A stretch of 64,000 bases of DNA from Myxococcota bacterium (GTDB taxonomy: Bacteria; Myxococcota_A; Bradymonadia; UBA7976; UBA1532). A program made the translations under genes and the position numbers. This document shows positions 19,133 through 28,146 of the stretch, piece after piece. Each line of letters begins with the position of its first letter. The stretch's first letter is position 1. The notes under the pieces are model-generated. The model made no database searches and had not been told where the DNA came from. It worked only from the letters and a program-made list of their open reading frames with translations. Location of the stretch: contig JAYZEG010000041.1 in assembly GCA_036337435.1 (NCBI GenBank), forward strand, positions 64,001 through 128,000, given 5' to 3'.

Positions 19133-20140
19133 ATGCTCTGGCGTTCTTTTTTACTGGCTCTCGCTTACCTCCTGACTGCGAGCCCCTTCGTTTATGCAAA
19201 GAAAACGAAAATCAAGATGGCCACGATGGCACCGAAGGGCTCCGCGTTCTACAACATCATTAAGGAAATGGGGAACGAATGGAAGGCTGCGTCCGACAAC
19301 CAAGTTCGGCTTAAAATCTATCCTGGCGGTGTTGCTGGAAGCGATGGGGATGTCGTTCGGAAAATCAAACTTGGAACTGTGAATGCGGGCATGATCACAT
19401 CGGCTGGTCTGGCGGCAATTCACAAGGCTGTTAATGTGTTTCAAATGCCAGCCACGTTTAAGTCGCCTGCTGAACTAGACTACGCTGTAAGCCAGTTGGG
19501 CCCACAAGTGGCGGCTATTTACGAGCAACATGGCATCGTGATTCTTAGCTGGGGGGAAGCCGGTTGGATTCGATTTTTGTCAAAAACGCCTATGGGACCT
19601 CCATCGGAGCGTGCCAAGCAGAAAATGTTCATAGTCGCAGGTAATTCGGTTCAGACTGGCCTCTGGCAGTCTGCAGGCTTTAACGTCGTACCGCTGCCGG
19701 TCACAGAGATTTCAACTGGCCTTCAAACCGGCCTGATTACCGCCGTTCCGTCGACTGCGCAGACCGCACTTATGTTTCAATGGTATCAGCATGCGCCACA
19801 TTTCATGTCATTGGCCTGGGCGCCGATGATGGGGGCTATCGTCGTTGACAAAAAGGTCTGGGAACGAATTGAACCTGGCATGCGTCAACGCCTCAAGTCC
19901 ATCGCTGAAAACTATGGACGTAAACTCCTTGCGCACGTTCGACCAGGAGAAGCGAAAGCCATTGAGGCGATGAAGAAACGGGGCTTGGTTCTCGACACGA
20001 CTCCACCTGAGGTCGAGGCCCAATGGCGGAAATTGGCCATCGACTCCAAGGCGTCTCTTCGCGGCCCATACGTGCCTGAAGATCTGTTTGACCTTGTCCG
20101 AGGACACCTCGATACGTATCGGAAGAATCAAGCAAATTAG
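19133..20140 (+). CDS. dctP: TRAP substrate-binding protein DctP/TatP
   Basis: Signal peptide; IKMATMAPKGS, KIYPGGVAG, ISTGLQTGLI. Confidence 0.92.
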   Translation: MLWRSFLLALAYLLTASPFVYAKKTKIKMATMAPKGSAFYNIIKEMGNEWKAASDNQVRLKIYPGGVAGSDGDVVRKIKLGTVNAGMITSAGLAAIHKAVNVFQMPATFKSPAELDYAVSQLGPQVAAIYEQHGIVILSWGEAGWIRFLSKTPMGPPSERAKQKMFIVAGNSVQTGLWQSAGFNVVPLPVTEISTGLQTGLITAVPSTAQTALMFQWYQHAPHFMSLAWAPMMGAIVVDKKVWERIEPGMRQRLKSIAENYGRKLLAHVRPGEAKAIEAMKKRGLVLDTTPPEVEAQWRKLAIDSKASLRGPYVPEDLFDLVRGHLDTYRKNQAN

Positions 20141-20155
20141 AAGCGGCACCTAGCT

Positions 20156-22048
20156 ATGTCATCTACTCTGTCCCGTCCCACGGGTTCATCTGTTGTTCCT
20201 TGGTATCAACGGCTCGAAAATGGGTTCATGGTCGCGGTTTTCGGCGCAACCATCATTCTTCCTTTGATCAATGCCATCGGTCGGCCCTTCAACTTCGCAT
20301 TCGAGGGCCATTCCGATTACATGAGGCACCTCATTCTTTGGTTGTCGTTTCTTGGTGGGCTATTGGCAACCAGAAGCCGAAAACACTTATGCTTTTCGAC
20401 GGCGGAATTTCTTAAGAACCATCCCGTGGGTGCGCCACTCAATGTTTTGGCAATGGGCATTGCGGCTGCCATTAGTCTAATCATGGCTCAATCCAGTTGG
20501 CTTGTTGTCAAGGCCAACCGTCAAATGGCCGAGAGCCGGTCGGCGGTTGATGTCCTCCCCTTCGGAATCCCGGATTGGCTCAGCGAATCCATCATGCCTG
20601 TGGCCCTCGCGCTGATCGCGCTTCGATTTATTTGGCAGGCTCACCCCCGAATTTACGGCCAAGTTATCGCGGCCCTCATCGCTTGGGGTGGGTACACACT
20701 TATTGAACATCCCGACCTCATTGAGCAGTGGATTTGGTTTGCCAGTGGTGTGGTTTTAGTCTCCGCTGTTCTCGGTGCGCCCGTCTTCACGGCTATGGCC
20801 GGGTTGGCGGTCTTATTTTACCTGGCCGATGGCACGCCGGTGTCCGCTGTATCCGCCGAGGTCTACAAGCTGATTGCATCACCCACAATCCCGGCCATCC
20901 CACTCTTGACTGCGTGTGGCTGTATCCTTGCGGAGACGCGCGCAGCGGAAAGGTTGGTGGCTTTTTTCAAAGCTTTAGTCGGATGGCTACCCGGCGGGAT
21001 CGCTGTTCTCGTCGCCGGTGTCTGCGCCATCTTCACGACCTTTACTGGTGGTTCAGGCGTTACAATTATCGCCCTTGGTGGGCTCGCCTATGGCATGCTC
21101 AGAGAAAGCCAATATGAAGACGGTTTTGCCCTCGGTCATGTGACGGCATCGAGCAGCTTAGGACTGCTTTTTCCGCCCAGTCTACCTGTGATAATTTATG
21201 CGGTTGTCGTTTCGGGAGGCCCCACGGCAATGGGCATGGGTGACGGCCCGAGTGCCGCAGTTGCTGCAGAAGACCTCTACATAGCTGGCTTATTGCCCGG
21301 GTTGTTGATGGCTCTCGTAGTCGCAGGGTATGGGCTGGCCATTGGTCGCCGCGTTGAGACCGAACGCATTGCGTTCGACTGGCAAACATTAATGACCGCA
21401 ACTTGGGCTGCGAAATGGGAATTATCGGTCCCCGTGATCGTCATTGGATTGTTTGCGAGTGGCTTGGTGTCAATGGTAGAAGCGGCTGCTTTTGCTGCCG
21501 CCTACGTGGTTGTCGTGCAAGTTTTTGTCACCAAGGACATTCATTTAACACGGCAGTTGCCTGGTGTGCTTGTGCGCACCGGCGTCCTCGTGGGCGCGGT
21601 CTTGATTCTGCTGGCAGCGGCGATGGGGTTATCGGCATTTTGTCTGGTTGAAGCGGAATTACCCGACCTCTTGCTTGAATGGTGCAAGCAGAATATTGAC
21701 TCAAAAGTCATGTTCTTATTGATGCTGAACCTATTGCTTCTCGTTCTTGGCAGCATCATTGAAATTTATTCTGCACTGGTGATCCTGCCACCGATTATTG
21801 CACCCATCGCCCTACAGTTCGGTGTCGACCCAGTTCATTTGGGCATCATCTTTCTTGCCAATCTTGAACTCGGGTTTCTCACACCGCCGGTCGGTTTAAA
21901 CCTATTCTTGTCTTCGGTTCGTTTTGAGCAGCCCATTACCCGCTTGTACAAAGAGATCATCCCGTACCTCTTCTTGTTGTTGGCCACGGTAATGATCATC
22001 ACCTATGTACCCTCTATCTCTATTGGATTCTTATCCCTCTTCAAGTGA
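20156..22048 (+). CDS. TRAP transporter fused DctQ-DctM permease
   Basis: 630 aa polytopic membrane protein; FTGGSGVTI, LGLLFPPSLP, GFLTPPVGLNLF motifs. Confidence 0.92.
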   Translation: MSSTLSRPTGSSVVPWYQRLENGFMVAVFGATIILPLINAIGRPFNFAFEGHSDYMRHLILWLSFLGGLLATRSRKHLCFSTAEFLKNHPVGAPLNVLAMGIAAAISLIMAQSSWLVVKANRQMAESRSAVDVLPFGIPDWLSESIMPVALALIALRFIWQAHPRIYGQVIAALIAWGGYTLIEHPDLIEQWIWFASGVVLVSAVLGAPVFTAMAGLAVLFYLADGTPVSAVSAEVYKLIASPTIPAIPLLTACGCILAETRAAERLVAFFKALVGWLPGGIAVLVAGVCAIFTTFTGGSGVTIIALGGLAYGMLRESQYEDGFALGHVTASSSLGLLFPPSLPVIIYAVVVSGGPTAMGMGDGPSAAVAAEDLYIAGLLPGLLMALVVAGYGLAIGRRVETERIAFDWQTLMTATWAAKWELSVPVIVIGLFASGLVSMVEAAAFAAAYVVVVQVFVTKDIHLTRQLPGVLVRTGVLVGAVLILLAAAMGLSAFCLVEAELPDLLLEWCKQNIDSKVMFLLMLNLLLLVLGSIIEIYSALVILPPIIAPIALQFGVDPVHLGIIFLANLELGFLTPPVGLNLFLSSVRFEQPITRLYKEIIPYLFLLLATVMIITYVPSISIGFLSLFK

Positions 22049-22062
22049 ATCGAGGTTCCACC

Positions 22063-22410
22063 ATGACTTGGACGATTTGGCACAATCCACGTTGTCGCAA
22101 ATCCCGCGAAACGTTAGCCCTACTCGAGGACAATGGCATCACGCCAACGGTGCGTCTCTATTTGAAGGACACCCCATCAGAAGACGAAATTAGAATTGTC
22201 CTTGGCTACCTCGACAAGCCAGCCAAGGCACTGGTCCGACTCAAAGATCCCATCGCAAGGGAACTCAACTTAAAAGATTTACCCGATGAATCTGACAAAT
22301 GCGTGCATGCGATGGCGGCCCATCCGGCGCTGATTGAAAGGCCTGTTGTCATTCGGGACCATCGTGCCGTGTTGGGCCGTCCTCCGGACGCGGTACTTGA
22401 ACTGCTATAA
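22063..22410 (+). CDS. arsC: ArsC/Spx-family (glutaredoxin-type arsenate reductase-like) protein
   Basis: HNPRCRKSR and LIERPVV...LGRPP. Confidence 0.85.
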   Translation: MTWTIWHNPRCRKSRETLALLEDNGITPTVRLYLKDTPSEDEIRIVLGYLDKPAKALVRLKDPIARELNLKDLPDESDKCVHAMAAHPALIERPVVIRDHRAVLGRPPDAVLELL

Positions 22411-23607
22411 GTCGATAACCTTCACGTCCAGAACAGCGTCTATCCCTCGCAGTCGGTCTGCGAGCTCATCGGAGATACAACCATTGACGTTGATATGCGC
22501 ACACGCGGCGGCCTCGTCGCCCGAATAAATAAGATTTTTCATCTTTTGGACGTTAAGGTTGGCCTCTTTCAGGTAGCCCAGCAAGTTAGCCAGCACACCC
22601 ACTCGGTCGAGATGGCGAATGACCAGGCGGCCTTTTGCAGACCCCAATGTTTTCATGTTTACGCAGTTTTCAACCTCGCCCGTTCTCACCCAGTTGAGAA
22701 TCGTTTTGCATGCGGCTTCGGCGACGGCGGTTTGTGCTTGCTCAGTTGATGCACCAATGTGATGCGTTCCATAAACACCGTCCATCATGGCTAATTGATT
22801 CGACCACGGACCATCCACCGCTGGTTCATCACAGAAAACGTCCAGACCAGCTCTAAACCCCCGAGTCGAAATCGCGTCTTTGAGTGCGTCTTCGTCGACA
22901 ATGCCGCCCCTCGATGTATTGACCACGATCGCGTTGTCAGGCAGGGCAGCCAAGATGTCAGCATCGATGAGATTTGTCGTCGACGGCATTTTGGGAACAT
23001 GAACCGTGAGGATGGAGACGGACTGGGCTAAGTCCATAACACTGTCGCTGCGTTGCACGCCGAGCACAGCGGCCAATTCGTCGTCGAGTTCTGGTGCATA
23101 ACAAGCGACGGTCATTTCGAAGGCTTTAGCGCGCTTGATGACTTCCCTTGCAATGGCGCCGCAGCCGATGACTCCAATGGTTCGGCCTGCCAAGCCTTGA
23201 GCTTTGGAAAAGTGTTTTTTCCTCCAGACACCTTGCTGGAGTTCGGCAACATTGTCAGCGATCCGCCGGTCAGCGTTTAAGATGTGACCGAGTGTTAATT
23301 CGGCCACAGCAATGGCGTTCTTTCCTGGACAATTTGCGACCGATACGGCGTGTTGGGAGGCTGCATTTAAGTCGATGGTGTTCACGCCAGCACCGGCCCG
23401 CACGATCAACTGGAGTGATTTTGCTGATCCGATGTGCTGAGACGTTATTTTTGTCGAGCGAACGATCACCGAATCTGGTTGGAACTCTATCAATGTCCTG
23501 AGTAAAGCGTCGTCTTTTAGGCTTGGCTCATAGAGGACCGATGCGCCGGCCCCTTCAAGACGTTCAGCGATAAACGATGGAAGTTTGTCCGCTATCAAAA
23601 CCTTCAT
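22405..23607 (-). CDS. serA: D-3-phosphoglycerate/2-hydroxyacid dehydrogenase with C-terminal ACT domain
   Basis: RAGAGVNTID, NAIAVAEL, GVIGCGAIA, NTSRG, HIGASTEQAQ; ACT motif HLDRVGVLA. Confidence 0.8.
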   Translation of the reverse strand: MKVLIADKLPSFIAERLEGAGASVLYEPSLKDDALLRTLIEFQPDSVIVRSTKITSQHIGSAKSLQLIVRAGAGVNTIDLNAASQHAVSVANCPGKNAIAVAELTLGHILNADRRIADNVAELQQGVWRKKHFSKAQGLAGRTIGVIGCGAIAREVIKRAKAFEMTVACYAPELDDELAAVLGVQRSDSVMDLAQSVSILTVHVPKMPSTTNLIDADILAALPDNAIVVNTSRGGIVDEDALKDAISTRGFRAGLDVFCDEPAVDGPWSNQLAMMDGVYGTHHIGASTEQAQTAVAEAACKTILNWVRTGEVENCVNMKTLGSAKGRLVIRHLDRVGVLANLLGYLKEANLNVQKMKNLIYSGDEAAACAHINVNGCISDELADRLRGIDAVLDVKVIDL

Positions 23608-23652
23608 GAGTTCGATCTCCCCAGCGTCAATGTGGGTCTGTTGACATTCTCA

Positions 23653-24336
23653 TTATGAGTATCGGTCATTTCGCCACGGATACGCTGTATTAGAATAACC
23701 TCGAGTTTCCCAATAACCCAAGCGATCCTCGGTCATAAATTCAATTCTTTGGATCCACTTGGCGCCCTTCCAGGCGTATAATTGTGGGGTGACCACTCGG
23801 ACGGGCCCCCCGTGTTCCCGTGTGAGTGGTTGGCCGTCAACCTGGTGAACCAGTAGGACATCGTCTTTAAGGGCCTCACTCAGTGGTAAGTTTGTCGTGT
23901 ATCCATCATAGGCATGACACATCATATAACACGCCGATGGAAGCGGTTCGGCCAATGCAGCGATGGTGCTGAGGCGAACGCCCGTGAAATTGAGGTCAAA
24001 CCGACTCCAAGTCGTGACGCAATGGAAATCTTGAACGTCCGTTACGTGCTCCAGCCTCATTAAGTCTGCCCACCTAATCGAGCATGCTTTTTGCACCGCT
24101 CCGTCCAGGGTAAGACACCACTCGTCCTCATTGATTTCCGGGTGTATGCCCAAGTCGAGAACCGGCCATTTCCGCGTTTCAAATTGGTCGATTGGCAATC
24201 GGGGCATGCCGTGACGATTAAGTGGACCGCTGCCCATAGGCTCTGGATCGCTCACGGATGGACTGGACTTCATTTTCGATAGAAATCTCTGGCGTAATCG
24301 CAATCGAGCCTGCGTGATTTTCTCTTTTTTAGTCAT
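23653..24336 (-). CDS. Molybdopterin-dependent oxidoreductase (sulfite oxidase/MsrP-like catalytic domain)
   Basis: DFHCVTTWS (Mo-ligating Cys), EHGGPVR, YAWKGAKW, GYWETRGY. Confidence 0.9.
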   Translation of the reverse strand: MTKKEKITQARLRLRQRFLSKMKSSPSVSDPEPMGSGPLNRHGMPRLPIDQFETRKWPVLDLGIHPEINEDEWCLTLDGAVQKACSIRWADLMRLEHVTDVQDFHCVTTWSRFDLNFTGVRLSTIAALAEPLPSACYMMCHAYDGYTTNLPLSEALKDDVLLVHQVDGQPLTREHGGPVRVVTPQLYAWKGAKWIQRIEFMTEDRLGYWETRGYSNTAYPWRNDRYS

Positions 24337-24697
24337 GGTCGGAACGGCTCGAATGATTATGAATTGTTCGCCACGAGCACCACATCGATAGAGATGTCTG
24401 AGTCCTCGTCAGCCGGCTCATAACGTCCCTGGTCCATGGGGGCCTCAACGTTGACTGCACGCCTCCAGCGGTGACGCTCATGGGAGTACCCCAAGCAGAG
24501 CTTCTCCGACTCGGCATGGCGATAGCTCGGTTCAAAAACCGCCTGCAAACGTGTCTGAAGTCACCGCAGCGACGGATCAGTTCAAGCCCTCCACAAGGCA
24601 CCGTATGGGTGGACCCATTGTGTGCACCCAGGACATCCCTATTTGCCTTTAGAAAAAAAGTCGCGGTTTCTAAATCAGGACGATTATGGTCGCTCAT
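24329..24697 (-). CDS. Small hypothetical protein; frame of the 3' half uncertain
   Basis: Strong AGGAGG RBS before ATG 24697; stop overlaps the next start; alternative frame 24357-24548 looks more protein-like. Confidence 0.4.
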   Translation of the reverse strand: MSDHNRPDLETATFFLKANRDVLGAHNGSTHTVPCGGLELIRRCGDFRHVCRRFLNRAIAMPSRRSSAWGTPMSVTAGGVQSTLRPPWTRDVMSRLTRTQTSLSMWCSWRTIHNHSSRSDHD

Positions 24698-24789
24698 TGA
24701 GGCCTCCTAAAGGTACAGTGTCACATTGGAAAAACGGATGCTAGAGCGCAGGCAGTGCGGTCTCACAACGAAACCAGAGAGTGGGATAA

Positions 24790-25692
24790 ATGGCTGACCA
24801 GATTTATCAGTTTCAATACACAGTTCTCATGATCGAGGCGCGGATTTCAGAAGGCGTCCTGACTGCGCGTATGGGTTTGAAACAGCTCCACATTTTAATT
24901 GATTCAATCGAGCATGTCTATTTGGACAATCGGAAGCATCGCGACAGCGTCGAGTTGATTATAAGTTACTACGACAAGCGGAAGACTCTCCGCCGTGCGC
25001 GCTTGTTCTCAGATCATCAAGAAACCGGATTGATGGACCTCTACCATGAGATTCTCGATAGACGACCCAAAGCGGCTCTCGTGATGCTAGAACCAGACGA
25101 TGCTTACCTCGTCCTGGGATCAAAGCCTGCTAAATGGGCAGCCATCCCAAGTGTGATGTTGGTCGCTTTTGTTGCGGTGGCCCTTGCTTGTACCCCACTG
25201 TTTATTCATGGCACTGATGATGGATTATTCGACGCGCATATCGATGCGTTTAGAACGGAGCAAGCCCCGTCGAGCCGTAATCTGAAGATTCAGGGTGCCA
25301 AGCTTCTCTTTGATTTAAATGTGACTGAGAAACACGGTGTCGGCGATGACCCGGCAATGCTCACGACGTGGGTTCCAATGGTTCCCCCGACATGGGTCGA
25401 CGGCCAACCGGTCGACGTTATCCTCCAGTTCAGAATGAGGGAACTGGATGCGATTCAGAAATCGGATTCGGTGGAAGGTGTGCTGCGCAATGTGTGGTGG
25501 GAGGGGCCGAGTGGCCGTTTGAAGAGGCTTTTTCGTGAGAAGGGGGTTGAGCTGTCGGAGACAGCCTGGCTCATCGAGGCCAATGTCCACGGTCGAGACG
25601 ATTTTAAGTTGGCCATCTTGATTCTGAGTGTTCTCGCGGTTCCGCTCATCGGCGTCACGCTCACCCTTCGATCGAGGTCACGTCTATCATAG
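24790..25692 (+). CDS. Hypothetical membrane protein (2 TM)
   Basis: 300-codon ORF with internal and C-terminal hydrophobic helices. Confidence 0.7.
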   Translation: MADQIYQFQYTVLMIEARISEGVLTARMGLKQLHILIDSIEHVYLDNRKHRDSVELIISYYDKRKTLRRARLFSDHQETGLMDLYHEILDRRPKAALVMLEPDDAYLVLGSKPAKWAAIPSVMLVAFVAVALACTPLFIHGTDDGLFDAHIDAFRTEQAPSSRNLKIQGAKLLFDLNVTEKHGVGDDPAMLTTWVPMVPPTWVDGQPVDVILQFRMRELDAIQKSDSVEGVLRNVWWEGPSGRLKRLFREKGVELSETAWLIEANVHGRDDFKLAILILSVLAVPLIGVTLTLRSRSRLS

Positions 25693-25705
25693 GTGCCTTA
25701 GCACT

Positions 25706-26755
25706 TCATGGGTCCATGCAGCGATAAAGATTCAATGGCTGTGGCGTCCGGCCGTCTGGATCTTCGGAGATGGTCAAAACGTGTCGGCCATCGGTGCTGT
25801 ATGAAACCGCTTCGCCTTGGCCCTCTGATAGGGGGCCGAGTGCAACGGTCGTCGGGGTCTGTGCGGCGATAGACGAGACTTGTTCTGTCGCGTCCAACCG
25901 ATATTCGTACGTCCCTGTATACACTCGAATCAAGAGTCGAGTGCCCGTGGGGTGTAGGTCAGCCGCTGTCACTAACCGACCCCGTTCAATGTCGATGCCC
26001 GGGGGGTCGAATTCGAGAATTGCGCGCATGATGACCTGGCCGCCATCACGCAGTGCGCCCTGGCTTTCGTACAGTTTGATTTTGCGACCTTCGGCCTTCT
26101 CGATAATCCAGAACCGACTTCCATCGCCAGCCACGAAGATGGCTTCAGCGTCTTTGGGGCCATCTTCGTATTGAACTCTCAATGTCCAAACGTCCTCTGG
26201 AACGCTGTCACCCAGTCTTGCTGGTTCGGGTACAATCACAATCGACACTTCAGGTCGCCGGTTCAGATTATCTCCGATATCGGCGATCCAAATGCAGCTA
26301 TCATCACGTCCGGGACAGCGCGCGACGGCAAGGTCCTCCCAGTCGGTTGCGTTGACAGGCACAGTCAAGCGGCCCAGCAAGCCACCCATTTGGTCTAGGC
26401 TATAAACAATGGGATCATGGCCTGAATCGTTATGTACCCAATATCGATCGGCAATTCGTCTCGATGCGGCCAGTCCCGATGCTTCAACCAATGCAGGATA
26501 GCCAGAGATGGTCATCGCCTGTGGCGCCTGGTACCCTGATTCACAGGTCGATAAAGGGTGTCCCGAACCAGACGCGTCTGTTGTGTCGTTAGAGGCACCT
26601 ACATCGGGCTGTTCCACACCTAAATCGCTATGTCCAATTGACATCTCACTCGTCGTTTCGTGTGAGACTGACTTGGTTCCAGCACTGCATGCGGTCAGCG
26701 AAATGACCATGAACAAAAGGTACCCGCGTTGGGTGTGGACTAAAATCCGTCGCAT
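25706..26755 (-). CDS. Lipoprotein, probable beta-propeller
   Basis: Lipobox LTAC; EASGLAAS..YWVHNDSG, DWEDLA, IADIGDN, DAEA, QGEAVSY blade-like motifs. Confidence 0.75.
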   Translation of the reverse strand: MRRILVHTQRGYLLFMVISLTACSAGTKSVSHETTSEMSIGHSDLGVEQPDVGASNDTTDASGSGHPLSTCESGYQAPQAMTISGYPALVEASGLAASRRIADRYWVHNDSGHDPIVYSLDQMGGLLGRLTVPVNATDWEDLAVARCPGRDDSCIWIADIGDNLNRRPEVSIVIVPEPARLGDSVPEDVWTLRVQYEDGPKDAEAIFVAGDGSRFWIIEKAEGRKIKLYESQGALRDGGQVIMRAILEFDPPGIDIERGRLVTAADLHPTGTRLLIRVYTGTYEYRLDATEQVSSIAAQTPTTVALGPLSEGQGEAVSYSTDGRHVLTISEDPDGRTPQPLNLYRCMDP

Positions 26756-26778
26756 CCTACTCCTGTCCCCAAATGCAG

Positions 26779-27096
26779 TCATGGTACTTGCGCAGAGATG
26801 CTCTGACATGACCAGCACACTTCAAATGTGCATGGATTGACTTCGCCACACTGCTCGCAGGTCCAATCAGGCCCATCCTGATTCACCGCGTCATCAATGA
26901 CCCGTATGGCCGCGTCGAGATGCTGCGGAAACACGTAAAGTTCAACCCGTGCTTCGTCAACTGGCACTTCGCCGACCAAGGGGCTGATGTGCTGAGAGCG
27001 AATGAATGATGGAATTCCTTCACGGGTCAGTACACTTCTCACCAAGTGGACATCGACTGCTTGGAGTGATGAAAATACAACAATGCGGTCAGACAC
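26779..27096 (-). CDS. DUF2007-like protein with C-terminal zinc ribbon
   Basis: VHLVRSVLTREGI..GEVP..VELYV; WTCEQCGEVNPCTFEVCWSC. Confidence 0.8.
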   Translation of the reverse strand: MSDRIVVFSSLQAVDVHLVRSVLTREGIPSFIRSQHISPLVGEVPVDEARVELYVFPQHLDAAIRVIDDAVNQDGPDWTCEQCGEVNPCTFEVCWSCQSISAQVP

Positions 27097-27276
27097 GTGC
27101 TCTCGCTCTTGCCATTGAATGCATCACAGTGTTGCCCAAGGTGCGTCATGATCGCAAGTCTCAGTGCCCGCTGCTGGACAGTGTAAGGGCTCTTGCGGCA
27201 TCTGTTGGACGACGCTACAGTCATGTGTCAAATCCATACGCGGACGAAGACGTGAAAAATTAAAAGGGGACCAGCT

Positions 27277-28146
27277 ATGAGCCAAATCGTTAAGTGCGGA
27301 CTGATACAATGCAGTAATCCGATCAATGACGAATCTGTACCAGTTGCGGAAATTCAACAGGCGATGTTGGACAAGCACTTGCCCATGATCGACGAAGCCG
27401 GTCAGAAAGGGGTTCAAATTCTCTGTTTACAGGAGATTTTCAATGGCCCTTATTACTGTCCGAGCCAAGATAAACGCTGGTACGATTCAGCAGAACCTGT
27501 GCCCGATGGCCCAACCACACGTCTCATGCAGGAGTATGCAAAAAAATATTCGATGGTCATTGTCGTCCCGATATACGAACAGGATATGCGTGGGGTCTAC
27601 TACAATACGGCGGCCGTCATCGATGCTGACGGGCGTTATCTCGGCAAGTATCGAAAACAGCATATTCCCCAGACGTCTGGGTTTTGGGAAAAGTTCTTCT
27701 TCAAGCCAGGAAATGGTGGTTATCCGGTCTTCCAGACGGCCTATGCGAAAGTGGGCGTCTACATTTGCTACGATCGACATTTTCCAGAGGGGTGGCGCGC
27801 CTTAGGCTTGAATGGCGCCGAAATTGTTTTCAATCCATCGGCTACGGTGGCTGGTCTGTCCGAATATCTCTGGAAACTTGAACAGCCAGCAGCCGCTGTG
27901 GCCAATACCTACTACATTGGTGCTATCAATCGGGTTGGAACTGAACCCCCATGGAACATCGGTGAATTTTACGGGCAGAGCTACTTCGTTAATCCACGCG
28001 GGCAGTTCGAGGCAATGGCTTCGCGCGACCAAGATGAGCTGGTTATTGCTGATCTCGATTTAGGTCAGATCGATGAAGTCCGTAAGGTTTGGCAGTTTTA
28101 CCGTGACCGTCGGCCAGAGGCGTATGATGAATTGGTGGAGCTATAA
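27277..28146 (+). CDS. Nitrilase-family C-N hydrolase, probable beta-ureidopropionase
   Basis: Glu-Lys-Cys triad: LQEIF, KYRKQHIP, ICYDRHFPE; FWEKFFF. Confidence 0.9.
   Translation: MSQIVKCGLIQCSNPINDESVPVAEIQQAMLDKHLPMIDEAGQKGVQILCLQEIFNGPYYCPSQDKRWYDSAEPVPDGPTTRLMQEYAKKYSMVIVVPIYEQDMRGVYYNTAAVIDADGRYLGKYRKQHIPQTSGFWEKFFFKPGNGGYPVFQTAYAKVGVYICYDRHFPEGWRALGLNGAEIVFNPSATVAGLSEYLWKLEQPAAAVANTYYIGAINRVGTEPPWNIGEFYGQSYFVNPRGQFEAMASRDQDELVIADLDLGQIDEVRKVWQFYRDRRPEAYDELVEL

Noticed and set aside
24640..24697. ETATF as the start of a (seleno)MsrA next to the MsrP-like gene
   Set aside because: Not followed by GCFW/GUFW in any frame
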